From the NCBI GenBank assembly GCA_002189035.1, contig NEEC01000012.1:558001-622000 (forward strand): DNA of 64,000 nucleotides. The letters run 5' to 3'. A program made the translations under genes and the position numbers. Source of the stretch: Utricularia gibba (Eukaryota; Plantae; Magnoliophyta). Below are positions 52,281 through 64,000 of the stretch, piece by piece; positions within the stretch are counted from its first letter, which is position 1, and every line of letters starts with the position of its first letter. The notes under the pieces were generated by a model that saw only the letters and a list, made by a program, of their open reading frames with translations, did no database searches and was not told where the DNA came from.

Positions 52281-52428
52281 TGAAATGGTCATGAAGATGT
52301 TGGCCCGACTCACTCAAACCTGTACAGTGTACTGTAGAGTATCGCGTAGTGTACAAGAGTGTATGTATGTACGCCTGCTGCTGCCGTGATTTTGATTGAG
52401 CCGTGCCAATATCTTGCTGATCTTTTCA
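52281..52428 (+). ncRNA. MIR171: MIR171 precursor hairpin; mature miR171-3p at 52393-52413
   Basis: TGATTGAGCCGTGCCAATATC matches the canonical miR171. The 5' arm GATGTTGGCCCGACTCACTCA (52296-52316) pairs with 3 mismatches plus 1 G:U. The lower stem GAAATGGTCATGAA / TTGCTGATCTTTTC extends the hairpin. Confidence 0.95.
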
Positions 52429-53872
52429 CCACATTATCGATGCCCAGAAAACTAATGGGCGACTTTTCGTTTTGGCTTTCGGGTCGAACATGGGTTCCCT
52501 TCTCCTTCACCCCAGACTCCTCCCTCATGCACAGTGTCTGCAGAGAGGGAGAGGGAGGAAGAAGACGACGAGCTCCCTTGCTTCTTCTCCTGTTCGTCGC
52601 TAGCACAACCTGCAAACACGATGAACACATTATCTATCTAATAAACCGTTTTTCTGATTTGGGATATGCATCCATCCTGGTTTCGTGTAGTATGTTGAGG
52701 GAGAAGAAAGACTCAACCAAACCCCAAGTGAAACGAAACAGGCGGGGAGACAGGAGCAGCAAAGATTTAGCCTTTTTGGCAAGGTGGTGGGCAGAAACCA
52801 GAAAGGCCTGCCTCTCTTTCCCCACCCCACGGAGTGTGCATCCAACAACTACAAAAAGGGAGGTGGGGGATATCCGTTTTTGAGAGACATGATGGAGACA
52901 GAGTCTTACAGCGACAGTGATAGTGGTGGTGCAAAAGGGGAAGAAGGTCCCCAGCCCCAGGCCTAATGAGACGTGCGACAAGGGAAGAAATAAGTCTGTC
53001 AAGGGTTAGCTGTGGAAGTAAATGGCTGACTGCCGTCCATAAATGAAAATATGAACTCACTCCCCTTCCCCTCGGCTCTACGCTCTTCTCTTCTCTTCTC
53101 TTCTCTCTCGATTCCACACATGCTAACTAGAAAACAACCTATTTTGGCGTGCAGTCAGCAATATCACAACCCTCTAATTACATTGAAAACTAGCAATAAA
53201 TGTGCACCCCAAGTACAATATCGCAGCACACCAAAACTTTTTTCAATGGAGAAAGAAAAGATGAACTTCTCTCTTGTCAAGAGTAAATCCTATGTGGTAC
53301 CGGTTGCTACAGAGTAATGTGACAATACTGGACTAACAACCCAACCCATCATGCTCTACTATACTGGTATGATAGTATTTCGGAAATGAGTTTACGTATC
53401 ATAACTTTCAAAGGATAAGATAGAATAGGTAACAAAATGAGAGAACGAAAAAAAGGGAATTTGCTTCTCATTGAAGTTCTCTAAGCATACGAGGCAAATA
53501 GGGTTCTTCAGAGCTTCTTGTAATTTTTTAAGTTTATAGTGGATTGTGTTCTAATGTATGAGCCCCAATGATTTTTCTAGTTTTTTCCGAATTACTACTC
53601 TTGTCCGAATTACTACTCTTGTCCTTGCAATCCATAAACCCTACTGGATTTGTTTCCAGGACACCAGAACTTACGCTTCACGGAATTTGACGGCCGCATC
53701 TATTGAAAAGAGTTTTGGTCCTTTGGGATTTTTGACGACTTTTGCTGTGAGCATTGAAATTGTTGGAAGTCTTTGTAGAATGTTGTTAAACTCAAAAACA
53801 GATTGTGTTTATATTCAAACAGAAATTTATAGAGTTGAGGATTCATTAACAATAAATGAAGTTACTTATTTG

Positions 53873-54137
53873 ATAACCCTAAAACCCTAATCTCGAGTTG
53901 GGCTATATGCCCTTTGGCTTTTAGGCGCTAAGTCCAATCTGCCCTAGCGGTTTTGGGCCAGAAAACCGGATAAAATTTTGGATAAGATTCAAGCCCGAAA
54001 TCTTTTAGGAATAGGTCGAGCCGGCCCAAACGCTTGGGCTTCGACTTTCATCTCTACTTGTAGGGCTACCTTTGCAGGTTTTTGTGGATTAAGCTTCTGG
54101 GATTCTATACTGGGCCAAGAGACCTGATGCTTGGGCC
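53873..54137. promoter_or_regulatory. Telo-box plus site II module upstream of RLP24
   Basis: AAACCCTAA at 53882-53890 (and TAACCCTAA at 53873). Site II motifs at 53899, 53954, 54023, 54035, 54111 and 54132. This pairing is classic for plant ribosome-biogenesis genes. Confidence 0.7.
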
Positions 54138-54421
54138 TAAGGATAATAAGGCCTCTTTCATAATCTGAAATTGAATGAGGGTTACTTCTCCTGGAATGAG
54201 CAGAGGCAGCGCGGCAGTCTTCTTCGTCGGTCATATCTTTTTGGTTCTTCGATGCTTCATCATCCGCTAGCATCTGTTTCTGGCGTCTTTCTCTAAGTCT
54301 GTGCTTCCTTCTGTTTTCCTCTCGTTTCAAATCCTCAAGCTTTAGTGTGTGACCGCAAAACTAGATTCGATTCATTTTTTTGTGTTCAAGGATTTAGTTT
54401 GCTTGTTTCAAACAAACAAAA

Positions 54422-55489
54422 ATGAGATTGGAGAAGTGCTGGTTCTGTTCCTCGACAATATATCCTGGGCATGGCATTCAATACGTTCGCAATGATGCAA
54501 AGGTTCGAGTTTTTAACCTTGAACGTTTGTTTGTTCGTTTGTTTCCCTGCAGCAATTCGTTTGGTGTGGTGTGAAATTTTAAATTTTTATCATGCATCTT
54601 GTTAGTGCCATTGAAGCTTTTCATTTTCTTTGCGAAATCTTATTCAGCCTTTTCTCTTTGAAAAGACTATGCTAGGTATGTTGGTGATATTTTTATCCTG
54701 TTAAGAATGTGTTTCTCATTGAAATTGCCGAAGATGGATAATTTTTCCGAAAGAATATTCTTGTAGCTCGTTTCTATGTCAAACCCTCGAGATGGTTTCG
54801 TTCTCTGTTTTTTCTAATGTTTTTATGTTCACTAGAGAGTTACATTTCCTGAATTACGCAGCCTAGTTTTGGTTTCACAGATCTTTAGATTTTGTCGCTC
54901 AAAATGTCACAAGAACTTCAAGATGAAGAGGAATCCTCGAAAAGTGCAATGGACTAAAGCTTACAGAAGGTTGCATGGGAAGGACATGACCCAGGTAAGT
55001 CTGCTTATCACCTTTTTAATTTTTCCTGCTCTCGGTTAGCTACTGCAGCAGCACCTAACAAGTATCTTGCTCCTACTTGGAATTATAAGGATGCTACATT
55101 TGAGTTTGAGAGGAAGAGGAATCGACCCGAAAGATATGATAGGAATGTGGTGGAGAACACTCTCAGTGCCATTAAAAAGATCGACAAAGTTAGAGTGGAT
55201 AGAGAGGCCAGACACCATGCCAATAGGTTTGTTTATCTTAGCTCCTTGCCAATTCATCTTGATAATCTTCTCTGGATGGCAACCATATCAGCATCTGTTT
55301 GCTTCTTTTTTTTGTGACAGAATGAAAGGAAAGAAAGCACAGCTACGGGATGAGGCAGTCAAAGAGCTACAGGAGAGCATACACATCGTAAAAGCTCCTG
55401 CGGCAATCCAGAAGGATCCATTAACCTCAGAAAAGATCAAAGCCTTGGCTCCAGCTCCGCAATCCGATGTTGAAAGGATGGAGGAGTAA
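54422..55489 (+). CDS. RLP24: Ribosome biogenesis protein RLP24 (L24e family)
   Basis: Exons 54422-54502, 54881-54994, 55090-55226 and 55321-55489 give 166 aa: [65 protein letters not shown]. Confidence 0.96.
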
Positions 55490-55918
55490 TCATTTTCATT
55501 TTTGCAGGCGGTGCATGTCATGCGACTATTGTTTGTGTTGAACAAATGTTTTCTTTCTCTCATCTCTGGTGTTTGCTTACTTTAGCTCTGGTTTGAGTAC
55601 GGTTCGCCAAGTCCACCAAATTATGTCGTATGCTTTTATAGAGATCTCATCCCAAAGTTGTGTTTTTGCTTGGTATCAAAGTAAAGCCACAGGCTGTGAT
55701 ATCGTTAAGCCGCCTATCCACAGGGTGTGATTTGGAAGTGCAGGAACAGTGCAATCGATCAAGGGAAAGAAAGATAAAAGTCTTGGATGTATGAATAAAC
55801 TGTCGACTGGTTTCAACTCATCTTCTACTCTTGGGTATCCAGAACTTGGTTGGACATCTAGAGGTGAAGAATTTCTAATCCTGCTTCTTCTGATGTTATT
55901 ACACAAGAATTGTAGTGA

Positions 55919-57501
55919 TTACAGCTTCCCCACCATCAACTTCTCCCTATACTCCTTCATTTCCTTCTGGTACCTTTCTTTGTCCTTCAAGCCATAGTTC
56001 TGGTATACCTGCAAGACGGAAGGGCGGATGGGATCAATCTGGTTTCCATTAGAATCCAAAAGGCCCCCGGGGGTGGACTGACTCACCACTCTCTCTTCAG
56101 GGGTGAGGCTGTTCCAAGACTCGCCGATCATTTTGGTGAACTCCCTCTCCCTGTTGGGATACAGGGACTTGAGCATGGAATGCTTCTCAGCAAAGAAGAA
56201 GTTGTAGCCGCTCCGGTTAGGCTTGGGGCGGCCGGGATCACTCGCCCGCCTCTTCCTGGAGCGGCGGCCCGCCTTCTGATGCTGCGCCTGGTACGGCACG
56301 ATGGCGGTGCAGCCCGGAGGGGCGGAGGAAGGGGTGGAAGAAGCCTTGTGGTCTGGATGGTACAGGACTCCCTTCAAGGTCTCGTTCCCCAGCCTCACCG
56401 ACACCAGGTATCCGCAGTCGAACTTGCCGTCGATGGTCCCTAGTGCATCCAAACAAGGTGACCCTGTGGAACCAGGAACCAACCCAATGTGCACCATGTA
56501 TGTATGTATGTATGTATGATGGCAATGCACATTTACTCATTCATCATTTAAAAATGGCAAGCCACCATTGCTTATTAGCAAGTATTATTGGGAAGGAAGG
56601 AAGGTATTTGTGGCAGGGAAATTAAATGACGTGTTCCATAAGGCCTAATTACCATTCTACCCCCCCGTAGCGCTCCTCCTATTCAATGTTTAGTAACTAA
56701 CCAAAGACGACGGCGGATGCCAAACCAGCAAACAACACAAGATTACACCAACCCACGACGCGAGCCCAGCGCAGACATGCCACAGCCACAGCCACAGCCA
56801 CAGCCACAGCACGCGGCCGCCTTTCTCCTCCTCCTAATTCTAAGGTGCTCCCGACCGAGGGAAAAACTCATAAAAAAGGAACACATTTCCTTGACACCCA
56901 GTTGCTAGTAATAGTTCCTATCTGTAAACAACCCCTTTCTTGAAAATACGGCATTAAGTGCTGCAGTGTGGAGGATTGCAAAATGGGGAAGCGAACAAGT
57001 TGAGAGTGTACCTGAGATTTGATTGCTCAGCACTGGGGTTGGGGTTGGAGGACGGGACTGCGACCGGAGAAAGTAGAGGAGCTCGTAGCGGTACAGAAGA
57101 GTGTGATAGTGCTTCCGCAGAGCATAGGAGGCACTCGTAGTCGTCGGTGAGAAGTCGAACACGGAGCTGATTTCTCTCCATTTCTTCTCACTCACCACCT
57201 TATCGTATCCCCTCTTTTGGTAACCTCCATGTACAGAAGATGCAGGTTCAGCTCCTTGCCTCCAATCACCGGAATCCTGATGCGGAGCCATTAGCTAAAA
57301 TCAGTCAAATGTATCGACCAGGGAGGGATTGGACGGGGGGAGTAGGGCTTACAGAAACTTGGAGCCCAGAGAAAAATGGAAGCTTCTGAGAGTGTTCATA
57401 AAGAGAGTAGAGTCGGCGACGACTTCTTCATGGGCGGCGAGGGGGACGCCATTGACGGCGGCGGCGGCGGCGGCGGTGGTGATTTCCTTCTCCGGCGACA
57501 T
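55919..57501 (-). CDS. HMGB9: ARID-HMG box protein (HMGB9/10/15 group)
   Basis: Exons 57353-57501, 57012-57276, 56087-56463 and 55919-56008. ARID IPVIGGKELNLH..KKWREI..TTSASYALRKHY; GTIDGKFDCGYLV; HMG box PKPNRSGYNFFFAEKH..KDKERY. Apparent 1-bp loss in the C run at 57209-57212 (RGGYDK). Confidence 0.93.
56779..56810. repeat. (GCCACA)5 microsatellite in the ARID-HMG intron
   Basis: Read directly from the sequence. Confidence 0.9.
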
Positions 57502-60500
57502 GAGATGGGATGGATTATTATGTGCGTGTTGGGAAAATGCAAAGATAAGCCTGGTAATTAAGGAAGCAAAAATGTGTGTATATATGTGGACTTAGAGAGG
57601 GGGAAAGGGAAAAGAAATGAAGGCCGTTAGGGAGGGAGTGTAAAAAGCTTGGCTTTTTCTTACCAACCAGAATTAATCATACCCAAATCTCAATGCTCTT
57701 TTTTTGTGTAAGGAAATCAATGGCTGAAATCATTCAAATTTCCCATTGGCCAAGTCTTAATCAACGCTTCAGATTCTCGCTTTTCCATGGACGTCGGGGG
57801 CAACACCCCCCCCACCCCAACTCTGTACCAGTCTCCTACGTACCCTCCACACCCTGACAGGAAAAATGAAGAGCAACGGGCGGGTTGGATCCTTGAGAAC
57901 CAGTTTTGCAAGTTAAGATTCAAGCTTTCCAACCTTATCTGTGAGAGAGAGACAGAGGTGTGTCGATGAGGGCCAACCATACGAAAAAGAAAGCATTATT
58001 ATTCTCTTGTGATGGGGTTGGGTTCTCCATGAGCTTGCTGGGTGTACGCACACACACTACATGTGAAAAGGCTGCAACCCTCTCACCCATCTTTCTATCA
58101 ATCAACTCTTTGAGACGAAAATCACTTGTACATGGAGGAGGGCGTGTCGCATGCTGATTAGAAGTCCTCTTGGAATGACACGGTACATGTCCCCTCCTCC
58201 TCCTCCTCCTCCCTGTTCTGGTTTCTTCCCTATGAATGAGTTGCTTTGCTCGTTGCATAGGGAAGAGGAATTGGAATGGGAATGGCAAGGCATATACCGA
58301 ACGTCCATATGAGCAATTAATGCTGCAATACTTTCTTTGGCTGTATTGACATCACAGCAAGATTCTTGAGTACCAAAATCCCTGTGTGGGTTCACCCACA
58401 CTTCACACAAAAAAGCAGCTTTATGCAGTGGGGGAGCTTGTTCCTATTGGTGGAGTATTAAATCCTCTGTACAATCTACACCATTTGCGCGGTTTGATCA
58501 CAACCCATCGCAATCTCGCCATCCCTGTACCTTGAGAGCGGGTATTCCTTACCCGCTCACGCTGGCTGGAATACCCCAAGAGTGGGGATCTGTTGTTGGG
58601 ATTAACTAAAAAGAAAGCATTCATTTCATTCCTAAATGAAGAGAGATGGAGGGGCGAGGAGGAGACTAGGAAGTTGCAAAATGGAAAGCTGACCAGAAAC
58701 CATGAATAAGACAGTGACAGATCAGTTTTGGTTATCTTCAATGTCTCCGTTCCAGTTGGAAAGGAGAAATGGGCTCCCCTCAGTGATTCTTTGGGACCTA
58801 CTTAAGGGAACCACACCAACCCAAACCGAACAAAGCATTTAAGGCACCTCAACCCGCTCCCCATTCATTTATCGACAGGGCCTCTTCATACAACGCAAAT
58901 TTTGTCAAGTGAAGCACTCAACAACCGAGGAATGTAGCTAATTTGGCCATTCAAATGATGAACAGGAGCTCAAGCTAAACCTAAATGACTGAACTGGGTA
59001 CGATCGATGCAAAATGGTGGACCTGCGAACAGGGAAACTCCTAATCCACGTACCCTGTTGCAAATAAGATCCTTGATTCAAGAAGCAGGCATACGCATGT
59101 TATAGGGGGTTCAACGGATTCCGAAATTCCCCTCATTCAGAAACCCTCATTCGCTCATAGCTCAACAACCAAAGCTCGAATCAAACCATGATCCATTTGA
59201 TATCATCATGAAAAGCAGGCGAACCACCGCGTCCGTAGGCGCGATCGCCGCCTCATCATTATGCGATTCAGATTTCCTTCTCTTCTCTGGTGCTTGTCTC
59301 CGATGCCCGGCGGAGGTTACACGGTGTTTAAAGAAGACCACTAAAACAAAGATTAGTTGTAGATTAGCAGGGGGAAGGGGGTGCAGAAGTTCAGTATGAT
59401 TCAGGCCCAATTCCCCAATTTTCGCAGGCGGTGGGCCGCTCCATATCCAAATCCTGAATCTGTTCCCTGATGGTGCCATCTCGCAGCCACCTCATCAAAT
59501 ATCTATTGGTGTATGTTTCTTTATGTTATTTTTTATTTGTGTATTTGAAGTCAGGTTGTTGGTGAATTTTTGTGTAAAAGTTCCAAAGTACCCCCATTCA
59601 GTTAATTAAAAAAAGGAGAAGTTTAATACAATGCCGTTACGTGGTGATGTTCAAAGATACGATTCTCCAAAAGTCTAGTCCAATCTTGGATAGAGGAGTA
59701 TGCATTGTTAAGTGAACCTACAATCACATGAATGTCAAATTTAAATATTCAACATAAAAACCAAGATAACAAATCCAAAAAAAACATTATATAAGACGTA
59801 AATGCCAATTTCAATATTCAACATTAACATTTCTAGAATAAAAAGATATTTCTAGAATTACCTCATAAGAATAATATAAGAGTACAATAAGAGTAATTTC
59901 CAAAATCTAGAAATAAATTAAAAAGGGAAAAATCTAAATATTTACACACTATTGATTACTTAGATAAAAAGGGATTATAGGTATACATGCTTGATGAACA
60001 ATTTATTTTACTCGAGTAGACTTTTATGGTATATTTTACAAGGTCTAACTTTTAAGAAAAACCCAACAAGTGATATCTTCATATATTAAGTAACTATTGA
60101 GAGTTTCTTTACCCTCCATAGTCGTGTGCTAGATATGCTTCATGACAACTTCTAACTCTATCATTAACTTTCTTTCCCTCCTAGCATAAGCTTCTTCCAA
60201 GTGCTTTTAAAGACAGAGCATGAGAATGTGTGTGTGTTCTTAGGAGTAAATCTTCAAACTTATCTCTTAGAGCGCATTTCATATTTGAGTATAGGTGAGA
60301 ATGCAGGTTGGGTTTGTCAATAAATGGGTGTCAAACGTAGGTTGCAAGTGGGTAAATACAAAAGAGTATTAGGGCATTTTTATTTATATTCGAAAATGTT
60401 GACATGGATGTATATTTTTACTAATTAAGTTTTCGAACATCAATAAAGGGAGGGTTTCTTATTTTCAAAAATTGTCCATACAAAAACCCAATTTTCTCTA

Positions 60501-60616
60501 GGAAACCTAATGAAATAAAAGACGGCTACTCCCTCTTTCATTTTTTGTTCACACTAGGTTTTTCTAGGTCATGCATACATGTAAATGTCTTTTTATTTCT
60601 TCATATTTGTTCAATG

Positions 60617-61090
60617 TTTTCTTGCTGAGCAAAATTCTATGAGTGTAAGTATGAGAGATGTAGATTGCTAGAGTTGTGATGTGAACTAATTTTGAAAAAA
60701 TTGTTGTAGAGTGTGTATTATATCACATAGTGACTTTTTGTACTTAGTGTTTCGCTTTTACTAGGAGGTTTTCCTTGTTTTGCCTAATTTATCTTGCTAT
60801 GTTGTCTATAACATTAATAGGGTTTTGACGATAATGTAACATTAATAGGGTTCTAATATTGTCTATGACATTATCTTGCTAAGATTTTCCCTATTTTGTT
60901 CAATATTTTCTTTGCTGAGCTAAATTATATCTGTGTGGGTATGAGAGATGAAGATTGCTAGAGTTGCGATGTGAACTAATTTTGAGAAATTGCTGTAGAG
61001 TATGAATTGTATCACTTAGTTGTTTTTTGTACTCAGTGTTTCGGTGCTATCAAGAAGTTTTCACTATTTTCTCTATTTGCTTGAGTTATT
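60617..61090 (+). repeat. Diverged direct duplication with ~290-bp period, likely transposon-internal
   Basis: GTATGAGAGATG.AGATTGCTAGAGTTG.GATGTGAACTAATTTTGA occurs at ~60650 and ~60940 with similar flanks. Confidence 0.75.
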
Positions 61091-61199
61091 TTGCTAGGTT
61101 TATCAGTTTCTAATTTACCCTAATTAAACTATGTTTATGAAGTCTATTATTCTTCCACAAGGTCAAAAAAATTGACTTTTTTTCTAAATTTAAGGAGAG

Positions 61200-61545
61200 T
61201 ACTTGCAAAAAAACATAAAGCGCATTTTTGGTATTTTGCAATGCCAATTTAACAATATTCACAACACTTAAAATAGTTTGGAATCGAAAAACATTTGGAG
61301 ATATTATGTATGCATATATCATTTTGCATAATATGATTATGGAAGACGAAGACCGTGTTATTCCTGAAAACAATATTTTTGATGAATATGATAAATTTTC
61401 AATAGTTCAATAGCTAAAAATTTACATAGATATTGAATTGAATATGCAAAGTTATTTGAATACAGTGATAAATTCACATGATGTCAATATTCATCGTCGT
61501 TTAAAAAGGATTTGATCAAACATATTTGGAAAAAATTCAATTGAT
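61200..61545 (+). mobile_element. PIF/Harbinger transposase C-terminal remnant
   Basis: TFGDIMYAYIILHNMIMEDED (CIILHNMIVEDE-type motif) followed by HRRL..DLIKHIW-like sequence. Confidence 0.75.
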
Positions 61546-61979
61546 ATGTTTTATGTTGGTTATTTCTAGTTTTTTCAATTTATATTATATACCATGCTTC
61601 AAGTTTTTAGTATGTTGAATTATAAATAAAATTTATGTTTTTTAATTTTATTAATATTCATAATTAAACTTATTTCTGGAAATAGATGTGAAAAAAAGTG
61701 AAAAATCATTTATTTCATTTTCGAATAATTAGTAATCTGAGATGGACTTGTGTATTTTTGGAGATGAACACAGATGTTTTTACAATTGGGAAAATAAAGA
61801 AACCAAATTATTTATATTGTAATGTAGAAGCGTATATTTTTCATTTTATAGAAAAATTCATCAAATATGAAATTTTTAACTCTCTTATCCAACGTGTGGT
61901 GACCTATATAACCCAAATAAATTATATCTATCAATCAAACAAAAATTAAAGTCTATACCAACAAAATATGTTTATGTAA

Positions 61980-63336
61980 ACTCATAAATTAAATCTAGGT
62001 TAAACCCCTACCCGCATACTAATAACACATAAATTTTTCTATTCTTAGGATAAGAAAATTATAATTCTTTAATTATGTTTTATATATTTATTTTATGGTT
62101 TTCAGTATTTTGGTAAAATTATGACTAAATCCTATGATTTATCCTATTTCATATTCTAACCTATTTGTGAGTCAATAGCAAAGTCTTGAGATTAGGACAA
62201 AATAAAGATTTCATGTAAGTAGACAGTTCATAGAAGGAGCAGCATAAAAGAGTGAATAATGTGTATACTTTTGCCGTAATATAATGCAAGTCAAAGGTAG
62301 GAGTAGTATGGTTATTAGAAAGCTCTTACTTTGAGGAATAAAAGAAGAAAATATTTTTGAAGGAGAGAGAATTACAAAGGGAGGGGAGCTTCGGCGAAGA
62401 ATACATGGAGGCTAAAACAACACAAATAACAAAAGAGAAGAAGACGATTTTTCCAAAAAAAAAAGACTAAAAAATTGAAGAGCAACACCAAAAACTCAAT
62501 TTAACGCTATTATTTGGGGTTGTAAATAGTAACAGACTGGAATCAGAACTATTTTTACTTTGTTTTTTTATATTTAGTTCTTGTGACAATTTATCTTACA
62601 TTGTTTATGATGTTTTCGTTAATTTATAATTATAAAATATTACTTTACTTACCAAATATGATTCGCTAGATTTTCGAGTTGCTAGGTATAAAATGGTGAT
62701 GTAGGGCTAGGATTCATGAAATAATCGATCATTGTGTTATTAGCTTTCATTTTTATCATTTTTCTGGTAGACCTAAGGGGGAATAAACAGTATTGCAACT
62801 CAAATGCTTGATTTAAAGATATAGCAACGAATTAAGGTAGGGATAGTAGATATTAGTAATGAGTAGAACTAATAGAGTCAAGTAAACGTAATTCTACATA
62901 TTTCCATATAGGTAGACCTAAGTGTAGAATGAGTAATGAGATTAGAGACTATCTTAATCAAAAATATTAAAAATGACAGGATACGCTTAGGTGTTTTGAA
63001 TTATGCATATGAAAATACTATAAATTAAATTTAGCACTCTAGTATTATATCAATTAGATCATCTTGGGATATTATAGTATTACATTGTGTACAAAACCTT
63101 TACTTGTTGCATTTTACATTGTGATTCAATTTTATTTATTGAATTGTGTACTGTTATTAGTTTGAGCTTAGATTAAAAGTGACATATGTTCTACAATCTT
63201 GCATATGAGAAAATATACAGTAAGCATTTGCTCCTTAATCGATCCTAAAATTCTAATATATATCTTGTATTTAATTTGTATTTTGTGAAGATTATGACGT
63301 ACAAATTTATTTGATATAGAATTTTGATTTTTAACA
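61980..63336 (+). mobile_element. Gypsy-type LTR remnant
   Basis: Non-coding block with a purine-rich/CT-rich LTR-like body and a 3' end similar to other LTR ends in the window (...AAATTTATTTGATATAG...TTAACA). 5' end uncertain. Confidence 0.45.
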
Positions 63337-64000
63337 ATGACATTCGAAATTTCCATTTGTGACTTACCAAACACGTCGTTAGTGTTTTGGGCTGTAGTAA
63401 GGATCCCCTCAGATATGGGTCTTGCTTTTATGTGGAATCTCCTTCCATAAAAGAAAGAATACTATCCAAATATCCTTATTACCCGTTGCTTGAAGGGCCC
63501 ATATTTCATAATGATACAAACTTATAAATAAATGGATTGCAACTTTCTTCTGACTTAAAAGAACTAAGTGGGGGATAAGTCAGGTATCACAAATGATGTC
63601 ATATGGGATTTAAAGATTTTTTTTCTTGTTGTGAGACAATATCTATATCATTAAATGTTCCAGAAGGTTGGAAATTAGGAAAAAAAGAGACATGATATGG
63701 TAAAATGGAAAACAATAAAAATCAAGGTACTATCATATCAAGTAAAAAAAGGTTTTTTATTAAGAAAAAGATGCAATCACCGCAATTGATCAAGTGTGGC
63801 GTTCTTGAATATCATATTTCACCAATGTTTTAAATTAAGCACAAGCACCCCAATTTGGATAGTACAATACTCATGGATATCAAATTACAGCTTTTTGAGT
63901 GTAGTACTTGTAGATTCCACACTACAATAACTTTATAAATTAAGATATAAGTATCACAATTGAGTAAGTACAATACTTGTGAATAATATACTAAAACTTA

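Noticed and set aside
53587-53624. 18-bp tandem duplication CCGAATTACTACTCTTGT x2
   Set aside because: Only two units in intergenic DNA; not a CRISPR or functional array.
53989-54330. 113-aa minus ORF and a GCATCGAAGAAC 5.8S-like word with a box C-like ATGATGA
   Set aside because: It overlaps the RLP24 promoter/5' UTR. The rRNA-like word is too short and there is no properly placed box D.
56180-56540. Alternative-frame and antisense ORFs over the HMG exon
   Set aside because: By-products of a GC-rich coding exon.
59118-59215. Possible box C/D snoRNA on the minus strand (ATGATGA...CTGA)
   Set aside because: No convincing terminal stem, and I could not recognise an rRNA/snRNA-complementary guide.
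1-64000. CRISPR arrays, rRNA or tRNA genes, prokaryotic systems
   Set aside because: None seen. The window is intron-containing plant nuclear DNA, and the tRNA-complementary words are retrotransposon PBSs.

Overview
Angiosperm nuclear DNA; the species cannot be determined from the sequence. Gene islands alternate with degraded, nested transposon blocks. Nine protein-coding genes are supported by reconstructed exons: arginyl-tRNA synthetase (5' part, minus), thaumatin-like protein, PLS/E-class PPR protein, BOI/SBP-type RING E3, a ~425-aa uncharacterised protein, Alba/RPP25-like protein, a 13-exon MFS transporter, RLP24 and an ARID-HMG box protein. A MIR171 hairpin lies at ~52.3 kb. Transposons include two copies of a Mutator-like element carrying convergent transposase and Plant Mobile Domain (PMD) genes, two hAT-type MITEs with 8-bp TSDs, Copia and chromodomain-Gypsy remnants, Athila-like LTRs and a PIF/Harbinger fragment. 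Main observations: (1) the 425-aa protein matches, at both termini, my recollection of cyanobacterial SLH/OprB-type porins, suggesting an endosymbiont-derived beta-barrel channel (inference); (2) the first MULE has an internal ~4.4-kb inversion that splits both of its genes, and the second copy shows the ancestral order; (3) one Copia element has a tRNA-Trp-like primer binding site; (4) four conserved genes each lack exactly one base in a G/C homopolymer, most likely an assembly artefact rather than pseudogenisation. All family assignments come from recalled motifs; no database search was run.
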